Shown: positions 53,708 through 64,000 of the stretch, one piece after another | Layout of the letters: each line of letters starts with the position of its first letter | Numbering within the stretch: position 1 is the stretch's first letter | Assembly: GCA_000165425.1 (NCBI GenBank) | Contig: CT868296.1 | Coordinates: 186,001 to 250,000 of the forward strand | DNA length: 64,000 bases | Source: Paramecium tetraurelia | Taxonomy: Eukaryota | Direction of reading: 5' to 3' | Notes under the pieces: generated by a model | Seen by the model: the letters and a program-made list of their open reading frames with translations, nothing else | What the model was told of the DNA's origin: nothing | The model's database searches: none | Made by a program: the position numbers and the translations under genes

Positions 53708-55557
53708 ATGGAGGAATCAAAGTTAAGAATTGCCATCATCAATAAAGACAGATGTAAACCATAGCGTTGTGCTTTGGAATGTAAGAAGAATTGCCCAATT
53801 AATAAGAGTGAGAAATTGTGTATAGAGGTTACAAAGTAAAGCAAAACATGCACAATAAATGAATCATTATGCATTGGATGTGCCATTTGTGTAAAGAAAT
53901 GTCCATTCAAAGCAATCATGATTATCAATTTACCCAAAGATTTATCTAAAGAATTGACTCATTAATACGGAGCCAACTCATTCAAATTGCATAGATTACC
54001 AACACCTAGACCTGGATAAGTTTTAGGATTAGTTGGAACCAATGGTATTGGAAAGTCAACTGCATTGTAAATTCTAAGTGGAAAAGTGTAACCTAATTTG
54101 GGTTTATATAAAGAGCCACCTACAGTAGAATAGATATTGAAGTATTTTAGAGGTAGTGAATTACAGAGCTATTTATAAAAAGTGTTTGAGGGTAAGGTCA
54201 AGGCTGTAATCAAACCATAATATGTGGATTCTATTGGTAAGGCAGTCAAAGGGAAAGTTGGAGATGTTATTAAGAATAAGGATAAATTGAATAGAGCAGA
54301 TTAATTGTTGAAGGATTTAGAATTGAATCATTTATTGGATAGAGAAATAAGTATGTTGTCAGGAGGTGAATTGTAAAGATTTGCAATTTTGATGGCTTGT
54401 ATTTCTGAAAGTGATTGTTTGATGCTTGATGAACCAACATCTTATTTGGACATCAAATAAAGAGTAGTGGCATCTAGAATCATTAGAAATCAAGTGAGAG
54501 ATAACAATTATCTTATTATTGTTGAACATGATCTATCCATTTTAGATTATCTATCCGATTTTATTTGTTGTCTTTATGGTGAATAAACAGCTTATGGTAT
54601 AGTGACAATGCCTTTTTCAGTTAGAGAAGGTATCAATATATTCTTGGCTGGATTTGTACCAACTGAAAATATGAGATTCAGAGACTATGAATTAAATTTC
54701 AAGATATCAGATAATTTAGAAATGTTGGAGAACCAAAAACAAAAGAAAAACTATTAATATCCTGACATGAAGAAAGTGTAAGGAGAATTTTCATTGTAAA
54801 TCAAAGCAGGAGGTTTCAATAATTCAGAAATTGTTGTCTTATTGGGAGAAAATGGAACTGGAAAAACTACATTCATCAAGATGTTGGCAGGAAAGGACAA
54901 AGATGCTGTTGATGTCCCCAGATTGAGTGTCAGTTACAAACCATAAATGATTGCACCAACATTCGATGGAACTGTTTAAGAGCTATTCAGATCTAAATTA
55001 CAAGATAGTCATAGAAATCCTTAATTCCAAAACTGATGTGTATAAGCCATTGAGAATTGAAGACTTGGAAGATAATGAGGTTAAGAAATTGTCAGGAGGT
55101 GAATTGTAAAGAGTCGCTTTGATTCTTGCTTTAGGTAAACCAGCTGAGGTTTATCTATTGGATGAACCCTCTGCCTATTTAGATGCAGAGTAAAGAGTTG
55201 CCACATCTAAATTGATTAAAAGATATATTATGAATACTAAAAGAGCAGGATTTGTTGTTGAACATGATTTCATTATGGCAACTTATTTGGCAGATAAGTA
55301 ATAATATTATTCTATATCCCAAGAGTCGTAGTCTATGAGGGTGTTCCAGGCAAAGCTTGCGTTGCTAATACACCTGAAGATTTATTGACAGGAATGAACA
55401 AGTTCTTGAATGTGCTTAATATTACATTTAGAAGAGGTATACTCACTTTTATTACTGTTTAGATCCAACCAACTTTAGACCAAGAATCAATAAAATGGAT
55501 TCTATTTTGGATAGAGAGTAGAAACAAAGTGGTAACTATTTCTGTTTAGATGAATGA
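53708..55557 (+). CDS. ABCE1: ABCE1/RLI1 ribosome-recycling ATPase; +1 frameshift at 55029-55036
   Basis: FeS domain ([28 protein letters not shown]), [17 protein letters not shown] twice, [33 protein letters not shown]. Confidence 0.97.
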
Positions 55558-55599
55558 AAATTCTTATTAAATTTACATAAATTATAAGTATATATTAAT

Positions 55600-56584
55600 A
55601 TGTAAGTTGGACTCAACAAGTTTGGATTTTCTTTTGATAAAAAAATAGGAAGTGGTTCTTTTGGACAAATCTTTTTAGGTACAACTTATTGAATAATCAT
55701 TAAGGAACAAACAAATAAAATGGACAGGATGTAGCTATTAAATTAGTATGACAATTTTTATACATCTAGGAAGCTATCGCCAATAAACATCCATAACTAA
55801 TCTTTGAGGGCAAGATCTACAAAGTATTACAAGGAGGATGTACATTGATAAAATATATATTAAGTGGGCATTCCATAATCCTATTGGGTTGGAAGTGAAG
55901 GAGAATACAATATATTAGTGATGGAACTACTTGGTCCCAACTTAGAAGATCTGTTTAATTAGTGCAAAAGACACTTTTCATTAAAAACAGTTTTAATGAT
56001 TGCCTAATAGATGCTTTAAAGAATTGAATTTATTCATAGCAAAAATCTAATTCATAGAGATATCAAACCTGACAATTTCCTAATTGGATTAAATTAAAAG
56101 AATGATTTAGTTTATATCATTGACTTTGGACTCTCTAAGAAATATCGAGATTAGAGAACTAGTATTTATATTGTCTAATGTTTTAGATCTCCATATACCA
56201 TATAGAGAAGGTAAAAGCTTGACAGGAACAGCTAGATATGCAAGTGTGAATACTCATTTAGGAGTTGAGTAGAGTAGAAGAGATGATTTAGAAGCAATTG
56301 GATATGTTTTGGTTTATTTTATAAATGGTTAATTACCTTGGTAAGGATTAAAAACAGATAATAAGAAAGATAAGTATGAAAAAATTGCTGAATCCAAAAT
56401 TGCTACATCAATCGAAAAATTGTGTGATGGATTACCTGAAGAGTTTTCCATTTATTTTAATTATTGCAAAAGCTTAAAATTCGAAGAGAGACCTGATTAT
56501 GTTTGGCTAAAGAAATTATTTAAAGATCTTTTTACAAGAATGAAATTTCCAAATGATAACATTTTTGATTGGACTAAATTATGA
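55600..56584 (+). CDS. CSNK1: Casein kinase 1
   Basis: [67 protein letters not shown]; four introns. Confidence 0.97.
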
Positions 56585-56775
56585 TTATTCAAATTATTTA
56601 TTAGTGTTATTACAAAGTTTGAAATATTTGTTTATTTTCAAAAATCTACTTTAATATTATGAACACTTTAGATATATTTAATAACATAAAACATATATTA
56701 TATTGATTATTAAGAATTTCATTGATAATTCGTGCTTAATAATTATATTATAATTAATTTTTCATTAAATATAAC

Positions 56776-57900
56776 TCATAATAATCCACTTTATAATGTT
56801 GATTTCAATGTTAATAATGAATTTATTTACTCTTATTTTTGTTTATATTAAACTTATAGTTTTTAATACTAAATAATAGATTAATTGATTACTTCTTTCG
56901 CTTAGTCTACAATGTAAATGTCAGACTTTTCGCACTTTCTTTAACAAGCTTAGGACTTCTACTCTAAACTTCTGCATTATTGTGCAAGCTATATATAAGA
57001 TGGGAAAGTACTTTTTCTGTTTCGTTTTTATATAAATTAAATTATTGATTTGTTTTCTCAATAATCTATTAGAATTCCTCTGCTTTTTAGAGATGTGGAT
57101 TCAAATGAGCCTCTACTAATGCTTCTTCTTCTTTTATTTTTTATAATAAATCCTCTGAATTATCGGTTGTTCCCAGAGATTAGCTTATGTTATTGATTTA
57201 TTCAAATATTTTGGTTTCTCTTTCTTTTCTTTATGAATCTTTAAAATAATTATTGTATGTTATTACCTAATTTATTTAATTCTTCATCAAAGATTTTATC
57301 TCTTTTTTCAACATGTTCTTGAATTTCTTTCATTTTTTCCTTCAAAGCTTCATTTTCAGCTTAACTTTTATGTTTGGCATTAGAGACCTCTTCCATTTTA
57401 GTGGAGATGTCTTTGATTTCTTATTGAAATCCTTCAACTAATTCTGTTTTCTTTTATTTTTCCTCATCAACTACTTTGCTGTATTTTTCTTAATATTCAT
57501 TTAATTGATTAGTTTGAGTATTCCTAAAGCCCTCTAAGGTTTTAATTTGATTCTTTAATTTTGAATTCTCATTAAACACTTTTTTATTAGAATTAAAAAT
57601 TACCCTTTTCTTTCTCTTAAGTAGCTATCTCAAATTTCTTTGCAGAGAGTAATGCATCTTTATGTGCTGTTTTACTTTCATTAATGATTTTTTTTAATCT
57701 AGTAATCAAGGCTGTCTTGTCCTCCAAACTATCGAGTTGACTCTTAGAAATTTTAGATTGTCTGGCAATTTTTTTGAATTCGTCATCTCCTTTGAATCGT
57801 TGATGGAATTCTTCTAAATTTTACTCTACAATAACTCATAACATTTACATGTATACAATCCTTTGATTTGAGCAAAGAGATCGAAAACTGTGGGATTCAT
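56776..57900 (-). CDS. Taxilin-like coiled-coil protein
   Basis: EEKQKKTELVEGFQQEIKDISTKMEE..AENEALKEKMKEIQEHVEKRDK and KTNQQFNLYKNETEK resemble taxilin motifs. Confidence 0.65.
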
Positions 57901-58123
57901 ATATTATTTTTGAAATTTTTATTATCTAAAATTAAAGAAAAATTCAAAAACAAAAATTATATATTTTAATCAGAACTGGCGAAGATTGTCGACATCTTAA
58001 TTTACGAAGTCGGAATTCTTGATCATCATATATACTATAAATTCATGATTTCCTTTTTATAGAATTAAGAATTCATTACCCAGATTGTGGGTTTTAATTA
58101 ATTTAAAATAAACTAAACTCAAC

Positions 58124-58884
58124 ATGGTATTCTATGTCTCTCATTATAGTAAATTGGCGATGATCAATAAGACGTCCAACACTCCATCCCAGACCTCGAC
58201 AACGTGAACATCAAATTAGGAGACGACGAAAAGAAAGTTAATCAAATCTCATCCAATACCGTCTCCCAAGTTCAATAACCTCCTCATCATGATGCCATAC
58301 CCATTTAACCACTCCCTCCTAAAACCGCAGATCCCTCCTTTCTTTCATAATTGTTTCATTGCCTATTTAAGGGCCTCGCCATCTTCGTGTAAGACAAGCA
58401 TTAAAATTAGATTCTTCATTCCAGAAGGCTTATTAAATCTAACCTATTGTTTTATAATTGTCGTGATTTTGTCAGCAATTGATTTTTGGACAGTCAAGAA
58501 CATCACTGGAAGGTAGCACTCGACATTATGATAGAAAACTGGTCGGTTTGAGATGGTGGTCAGAAGTAAAGGAAGATGGATCTGAAGAATGGATCTATGA
58601 GTGTTAAGTAGCCAATTTCATTCCAAATCCATTCAATTCAAATATCTTTTGGTTTGCTTAATTCGGAGTAGTCTTAACATGGGGAATTTTAATCTTATTA
58701 GATTTGATCGGATTAAGATGGTTTAATGTAAAATTTAAAATTAAAATAGGCTGTCTTAGCTATGACAGCATTTTGTTTGACTGGAATCAACTTTGTAGGA
58801 TTTTATAAGTGCAGAGGAGAACATCAAAAGAAAGCTAAAGAATACATGACTAAAATAGGTTTGAAGGCTATATAACAATGGTGA
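58124..58884 (+). CDS. TVP23: Golgi membrane protein TVP23 (DUF846)
   Basis: [51 protein letters not shown]. Confidence 0.93.
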
Positions 58885-59352
58885 AAATATAATTATAATA
58901 ACTGAATACTTTTCATTCAAGTATTGTTATATCTGTTAATTTTTAATTTAAAACCTCATATATTTTTGTAATAAGTAAGTCATTGTCTTTGAACTTACAA
59001 TTGTGTTTAATTCATTAATTCCCTTAATTGTTCAATATTTATTTTATTCTATTTTAAATCAATTTATAACCTAATTCTATTTGATAATAATTGATAATGT
59101 GTTACATTGTAAAGAGAATTGAATTATGTCCATAGTTAATATGGTATTGATCTTTTATTTCAGTTTCAGATTATATTTATGATTCAAAAATAGAATTCTG
59201 ATTATGAGTATTTTTAATTCTCTCTATTTTCTACATTTTTAGATTTAATTTAGATACAAAAGAATATAGATTTATTATATTTATATAATAAAATAGAATA
59301 TATAATAATAAGTAATTTTATGTTTTAATTGATGATATTAAATCTTCAAATA

Positions 59353-61450
59353 TCATTTGTAAAGGGTATAAATACATTGAATTTTGTGTGAGTAAGGCTT
59401 TTTATTATCTAGGATGTTTAAATATATGAAGAGATGAGCATATGAATCCAATTAGAAATAAACTTAGTTCCCTTGTCTAAGAGATGGAGTGCAATTGATA
59501 GTTAAATTATCTAATGTAAATGTTAGTTTCTCCTCATATATGTTTTGAGTATTATTTAAATATAGAATTATGACACCTTTGAAAATAGTGATCATTTATA
59601 CCTTCTTAATGTTGATAAATATACATCTAAACATCGATAGGATTATTATTCCATACTCTCGTAGCTTACTTAGCATTCTCCTTCATATAAGTGATTAATT
59701 CTAAAGAAGGATTATTAGCGATGCTTTCAAAAATAGATTATTTGTGGTTAACTTTACTCAAATTCATAGACTGAGTCATAAATGTTTTCTTAGTTGAATG
59801 CACAAGAGACTTGATATTACATGAGTATTGGAAGATAGGCTAATCCTCATTAAAAATTACAAAGGGATCATAAACGTACAATTTGAGATAGTCATTATGA
59901 GGTGGAACAATAACATTAAATTTATTTTGTACTTTCATTGTTTCGAAGTCAATAATGTTTTCACACTTATCAAATACTACTTCCTCCTCTATCTTTGTAG
60001 TTCCCATATTGTTATAATAAAAGTATAACATCCCTAGATTCATTTAAGTAGTAACTTATATTTCAGGTTATTCCAATTATTCATATGTCCTAGTATTTTC
60101 TTTACTTACATCATTCATAGCTAAGCTGGCCAACATTAATTTACTTGATTCAAAGAATTCTGTTGTATTAGCAATCAGATTATCTGGAACTGAAGATCCA
60201 AAATATTAAACAAACAATCTTTATTGTTCCTGGTGTAATTTTGGATTATTCTCTATCTGATTATAAAAATAGCCTTAACAAAAGAGTGTGTATGATCCTT
60301 TAGTTAATTCCTACATATCCAAACATACATTTTATTTAATATTGTAATCTCCAGTTGTAAATTCAAATTTATCATCATTCTTTTTGGAAATCAAAATTCG
60401 AATTAACCCATACTTAATTGGAGATACCAATTAATTAGAATTGAAATTTTAATCTCTTTAGCAAATTGACATGTAAAGATGACAGTCTTAAACTATGTCA
60501 AAATCATAACAATAAGTATTTTCTACGTATTATTAGAATTCCCTCTTTTATTGTATGATCAATTCTTTAGAACTCCATTAATAAGTAGGATGATATTGGA
60601 TTATACATAATTCTGGAAATATCTCTGAAAATTGCTTGAATGTTAAAAAAAATACGCATTTATCATTTTAGATGAACTATTCTAAATAAATTATGATTTA
60701 TTACATCCTGAAATCACTGAGTTTCTATTTGCTGCTCTCATCTAAATCAATTCCTATTCTTTGATATTCCCTTTAACAATTGCTTGAATCACATAACCAC
60801 ACTCTAAACCGTTTTGCTTTTGAACAGCAAACAATAAAGAATGATTTTACATTTGAGATATGATTACACTTTTCAAGTTGCTAATATCTTCTGTACTCAC
60901 CTTCATTATGGGTTATCCAATTAGCATCTAATTTCAAATAAAAAATTACAAACATAAACGCCTCTATTGATTCTTCTATTAATCTATTCAAAATATCGTA
61001 ATTCTTTCCCAATACCTTAACTATCGCTTTCTCTATAATAATTGGCCATTCGCATTCACATTCTAAGGTGGCTAGCTTCTAAATATTGCCAGTTAAATAA
61101 CAAGGTATTTTTTCATCAATTTTAATTAAATGCCATTCTCCTTACAAATTTAGCCAAACTCCATAAAGAGAGTTTAAATTTAAATAAATATTCTTGACAA
61201 ATTGAATATCCTTCTATAGAATATTAAATGCATTGATGAGAGAATTGTCTTGATAATATTAAGACCTTTTGAATTCAGAACATGGTTAAATATTCTTGTT
61301 TAATCCTAGAGACCCTATTCTCAAAAATTGGATTTGACTGTTTTAATCGGTGTAATCGAATTCACTATCAATAAATGTTTGTCTCTCATTTCCTATTTGA
61401 TTGAATTTATAATAATCCTCTTTGTATTTATTGGGTAATCGTTGCAACAT
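59353..61450 (-). CDS. Calpain-like protein (CysPc fold), catalytic triad apparently lost
   Basis: FIDSEF; YGVWLNLQGEWHLIKIDEKIPC; EWPIIIEKAIVKVLG; LIGQP; VFFLTFKQF. Confidence 0.8.
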
Positions 61451-61561
61451 ATAATTAATATTATTATTAATAATAAAAATTGAATTTTAGTTGACACTCT
61501 TACGACACCTTCAGAGACAATATTGTCAATTAGATCATAGTTACTTGTCTGATCTATTCAA

Positions 61562-61582
61562 ATATATATATATATATATATA
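61562..61582. repeat. (AT)n microsatellite
   Basis: About 10 AT units immediately after the stop codon of the 61584-63786 gene. Confidence 0.85.
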
Positions 61583-61583
61583 A

Positions 61584-63786
61584 TCAATCATCAAAATTAT
61601 CAATAAAGTTGTAGTTAAGCTTTTCAATTTGTTAATTTAATTTACTTTCAAATTAAGGCTATCCAATATGATCAATACTCTCAATAATCTCAAAGATTAT
61701 TTCACTGAAATCCAAAATGCATTCTTTCCATTACTTGTACATTTTATAGATTACAATATGATTTTTATATTTCTTCATCTGTTTTTCAATAGATTAAGTA
61801 TCTTTTTACACTATTTCCATATATTTTTAAGCAATCAAATTAAGTACTTATATAAGAATAGATTTCCCATAAGGTATTGCATATTCGCATTTCAATTCTT
61901 TCTCTATAATATTCAACAAATCGTTTTTTAAACATTCCAATTAATCCAAATAATCCAAGATTCCAATATTATGTCGAATAGATTTTAAAGTTGCAAAGTC
62001 TTTCTCAAATCCTTACAAACTCTTATTATCTCTTGTCACTAAAAAAGTTACTAATAATTTTTATAAGATGTCACTAACTTAAATATTATATTTTACTGTT
62101 AAGAATCTGTTAACATCGTAACCAGATCAATTAAAATATTAGTTTTCTAAACTACACTATCTGTTTGTGATTTCAATGGAGGTAATAACTTTAATATTGA
62201 GTATATATTACAGAGCATGATTCTAAAAATTTATCGATTTAAGATTCTATCACCTATGTAGTAGGCTGCTATGTTTCAATAAAACTATTTTTGCCTTTCA
62301 TTTTAGTATTTTATTCTTATTCATATTTTTATATAGTCTCTGTTTATTGTTCTAATTACGTGATAGCTTTATCAAGCATTTTCACAGTTTCTTCATGTTC
62401 TTTCGATAGTTCATTTAACTATTCAATTAACAATTAATTTTCCTTCTCTAATGACTCCATCTTATTTAGATTAGTGTTGTTTTTTGTTTATTTTTTTGGA
62501 TTTTGCAATAATGAAACCAATTATTAAGATTATTAAGATGTCTACAGTTATTATTACTATTGAGATTAAAGTTAATCTATTTTCTGCTATAATTTTACAT
62601 TCTGACGTTCTAAGGACATTTTCTCTTCATCTTTAGCTATCAAACTAGACTAATAACTTTATAATAGCCTTTGCATATTTTCATTAACAGGTTCTAGAAT
62701 TTTGATATCTAAGACCTCAATTTTATTAATTTCTTCAACATCGTTATTATTATTAGTATTTTAATAATTCTTAATCATAGTCAATAATTATTCAATGTAT
62801 GATTACTATGTTTTAGTTTATTAGGCTAAATTTACATAGGCCTAGAATATAATATAAATTATATACTTGATGTATGATATTTCTCTCAACATTAATATCG
62901 TAAATTTTATTTTACATGATCTCAAAATATTATCTCATATAATTAACTTGAACAATAAATTCTGAAAGTTACTCATTTGAAATAGTATTCTATAATTTAG
63001 TATAAATTTCGTTTATATATTTACTTTATCTCAAGATAATATCATAGATATGTGATTCATCCTTTTATTCTTCTTTATATTATTAAGCCATCTGATGAGT
63101 TTAATTAAGATCTTTGGAGGATGCGTTATTCTTTGAAGCCTTATTTTTATTGATTTACATGATGATATTTTTATCGGATTATATAAATAAGTTTTCTGTG
63201 AATTTTTTTAAATTTTCGATGTCTTACTTATATATTGTACTGAAATTATCTGTGTTTTCTTTTTGATTATTAAGATATGAATTTAACTGTTACAATTCCT
63301 ATTCTTTTTGTTCCAAAATTTCCATTACTTAATTAATTGCTAATTGTTGTTGTTAACTCTACTTATAAAGTAATTCTAGGTCATTTTGTTTTTCTTCATT
63401 TTACTACTAAAGCTGTTTAATATTTTCATTTAATTCAATTATTGTATTGTTATAATTCAATTCTTATTGAGCCCATAATGTTTAGAATTTCTCTATTTTT
63501 TCCTTTTAATTTACATTAATCTGCTTTTATCTAATTTCACATTTTTTAATGGTATCAATATTATTGCTCTCTTTTTAAAGGGCTAACTTTTCCTTTTCAA
63601 GTATTTTATTTTATGAATTCAAATATTCATTTTCATATTTCAATCTTATAATCTCTTTTTGTTGGGTTTCAATCTTGTATTAGGGAGCATTCTTACTTCT
63701 GCTGTCAGTGTTTCGATAACTTTAGTGGCCTTCTCGATCTATTCATCCTAGTCTTCAATTTATTAATATAAGTAATTGATGTTCAT
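61584..63786 (-). CDS. Hypothetical coiled-coil protein; frameshift near 63683-63685
   Basis: MNINYLYQQIEDQDEQIEKATKVIETLTAEVRML/QYKIETQQKEIIRLKYENEY..., ends NFIDNFDD*. Confidence 0.6.
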
Positions 63787-63799
63787 TTATTATTATATA

Positions 63800-64000
63800 A
63801 ACTAATTCAAATATCAAACCTAATTGTTTGATTAAAATACTTATATAAGTTTTATCATTTAAGATGACGAGTGAATAAGTATTTATAACCTTGACTTCTC
63901 GAATGCCTTTGATATTTATATCATTTTGCAAAGGAACTATTTTCATAACTAATTATTTTATCCGATTAACTGCAATTAACCAATTTTAATAATATAAAGT
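63800..64000 (-). CDS. Probable 3' fragment of a gene running off the window edge
   Basis: Open frame LQLIGQKQLVMKIVPLQNDINIKGIREVKV...; boundaries unclear. Confidence 0.3.

Noticed and set aside
55034..55036. Selenocysteine or read-through at the ABCE1 in-frame TGA
   Set aside because: The conserved sequence continues in the +1 frame, so read-through would not restore the protein.
1..64000. Many ORF-track entries (e.g. 1629..1877-, 11150..11413+, 17352..17579-, 32287..32589+, 51219..51455+, 53701..53937-)
   Set aside because: They are antisense or off-frame shadows of real genes, produced by using the standard code instead of table 6.
1..64000. Transposases, retained IESs, telomeric G4T2/G3T3 repeats, tRNA/rRNA, CRISPR arrays
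   Set aside because: None recognised by eye. Genes are colinear apart from introns and small indels. Small ncRNAs cannot be excluded without a covariance-model search.

Overview
AT-rich, gene-dense eukaryotic DNA from a ciliate macronuclear chromosome, almost certainly Paramecium. Conserved proteins read through only when TAA/TAG are translated as Gln, TGA is the only stop, introns are 20-30 nt GT..AG, intergenic gaps are often under 100 bp, and a trichocyst matrix protein gene is present. The supplied ORF track uses the standard code, so it shows fragments and many antisense artefacts; I re-translated by eye with table 6, and boundaries are approximate. I find about 30 genes, including a trichocyst matrix protein, RPS15A, a dynamin-related GTPase, a tandem cNMP-binding protein, a FYVE+TBC-like protein, a ~2700-aa IP3R-like Ca2+ channel, a GYF protein, VPS8, two head-to-head WD40 paralogs, a DRC9/10-like protein, RPS13, two kinases (one CK1), a SEL1-repeat protein, aquaporin, a DDX56/Dbp9-like protein, V-ATPase subunit a, ABCE1, a taxilin-like protein, TVP23 and a calpain-like protein. 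No tRNA/rRNA, transposon, CRISPR or telomere repeat was recognised. The main oddities are: an IP3R-like channel lacking the GGGxGD filter; several apparent pseudo-enzymes (DDX56, calpain, TBC); five frameshifts at homopolymers, one in ABCE1 right at a TGA (assembly error is the likeliest cause); and a perfect 38-bp TA-centred palindrome. I cannot claim a new multi-gene system from the sequence alone.
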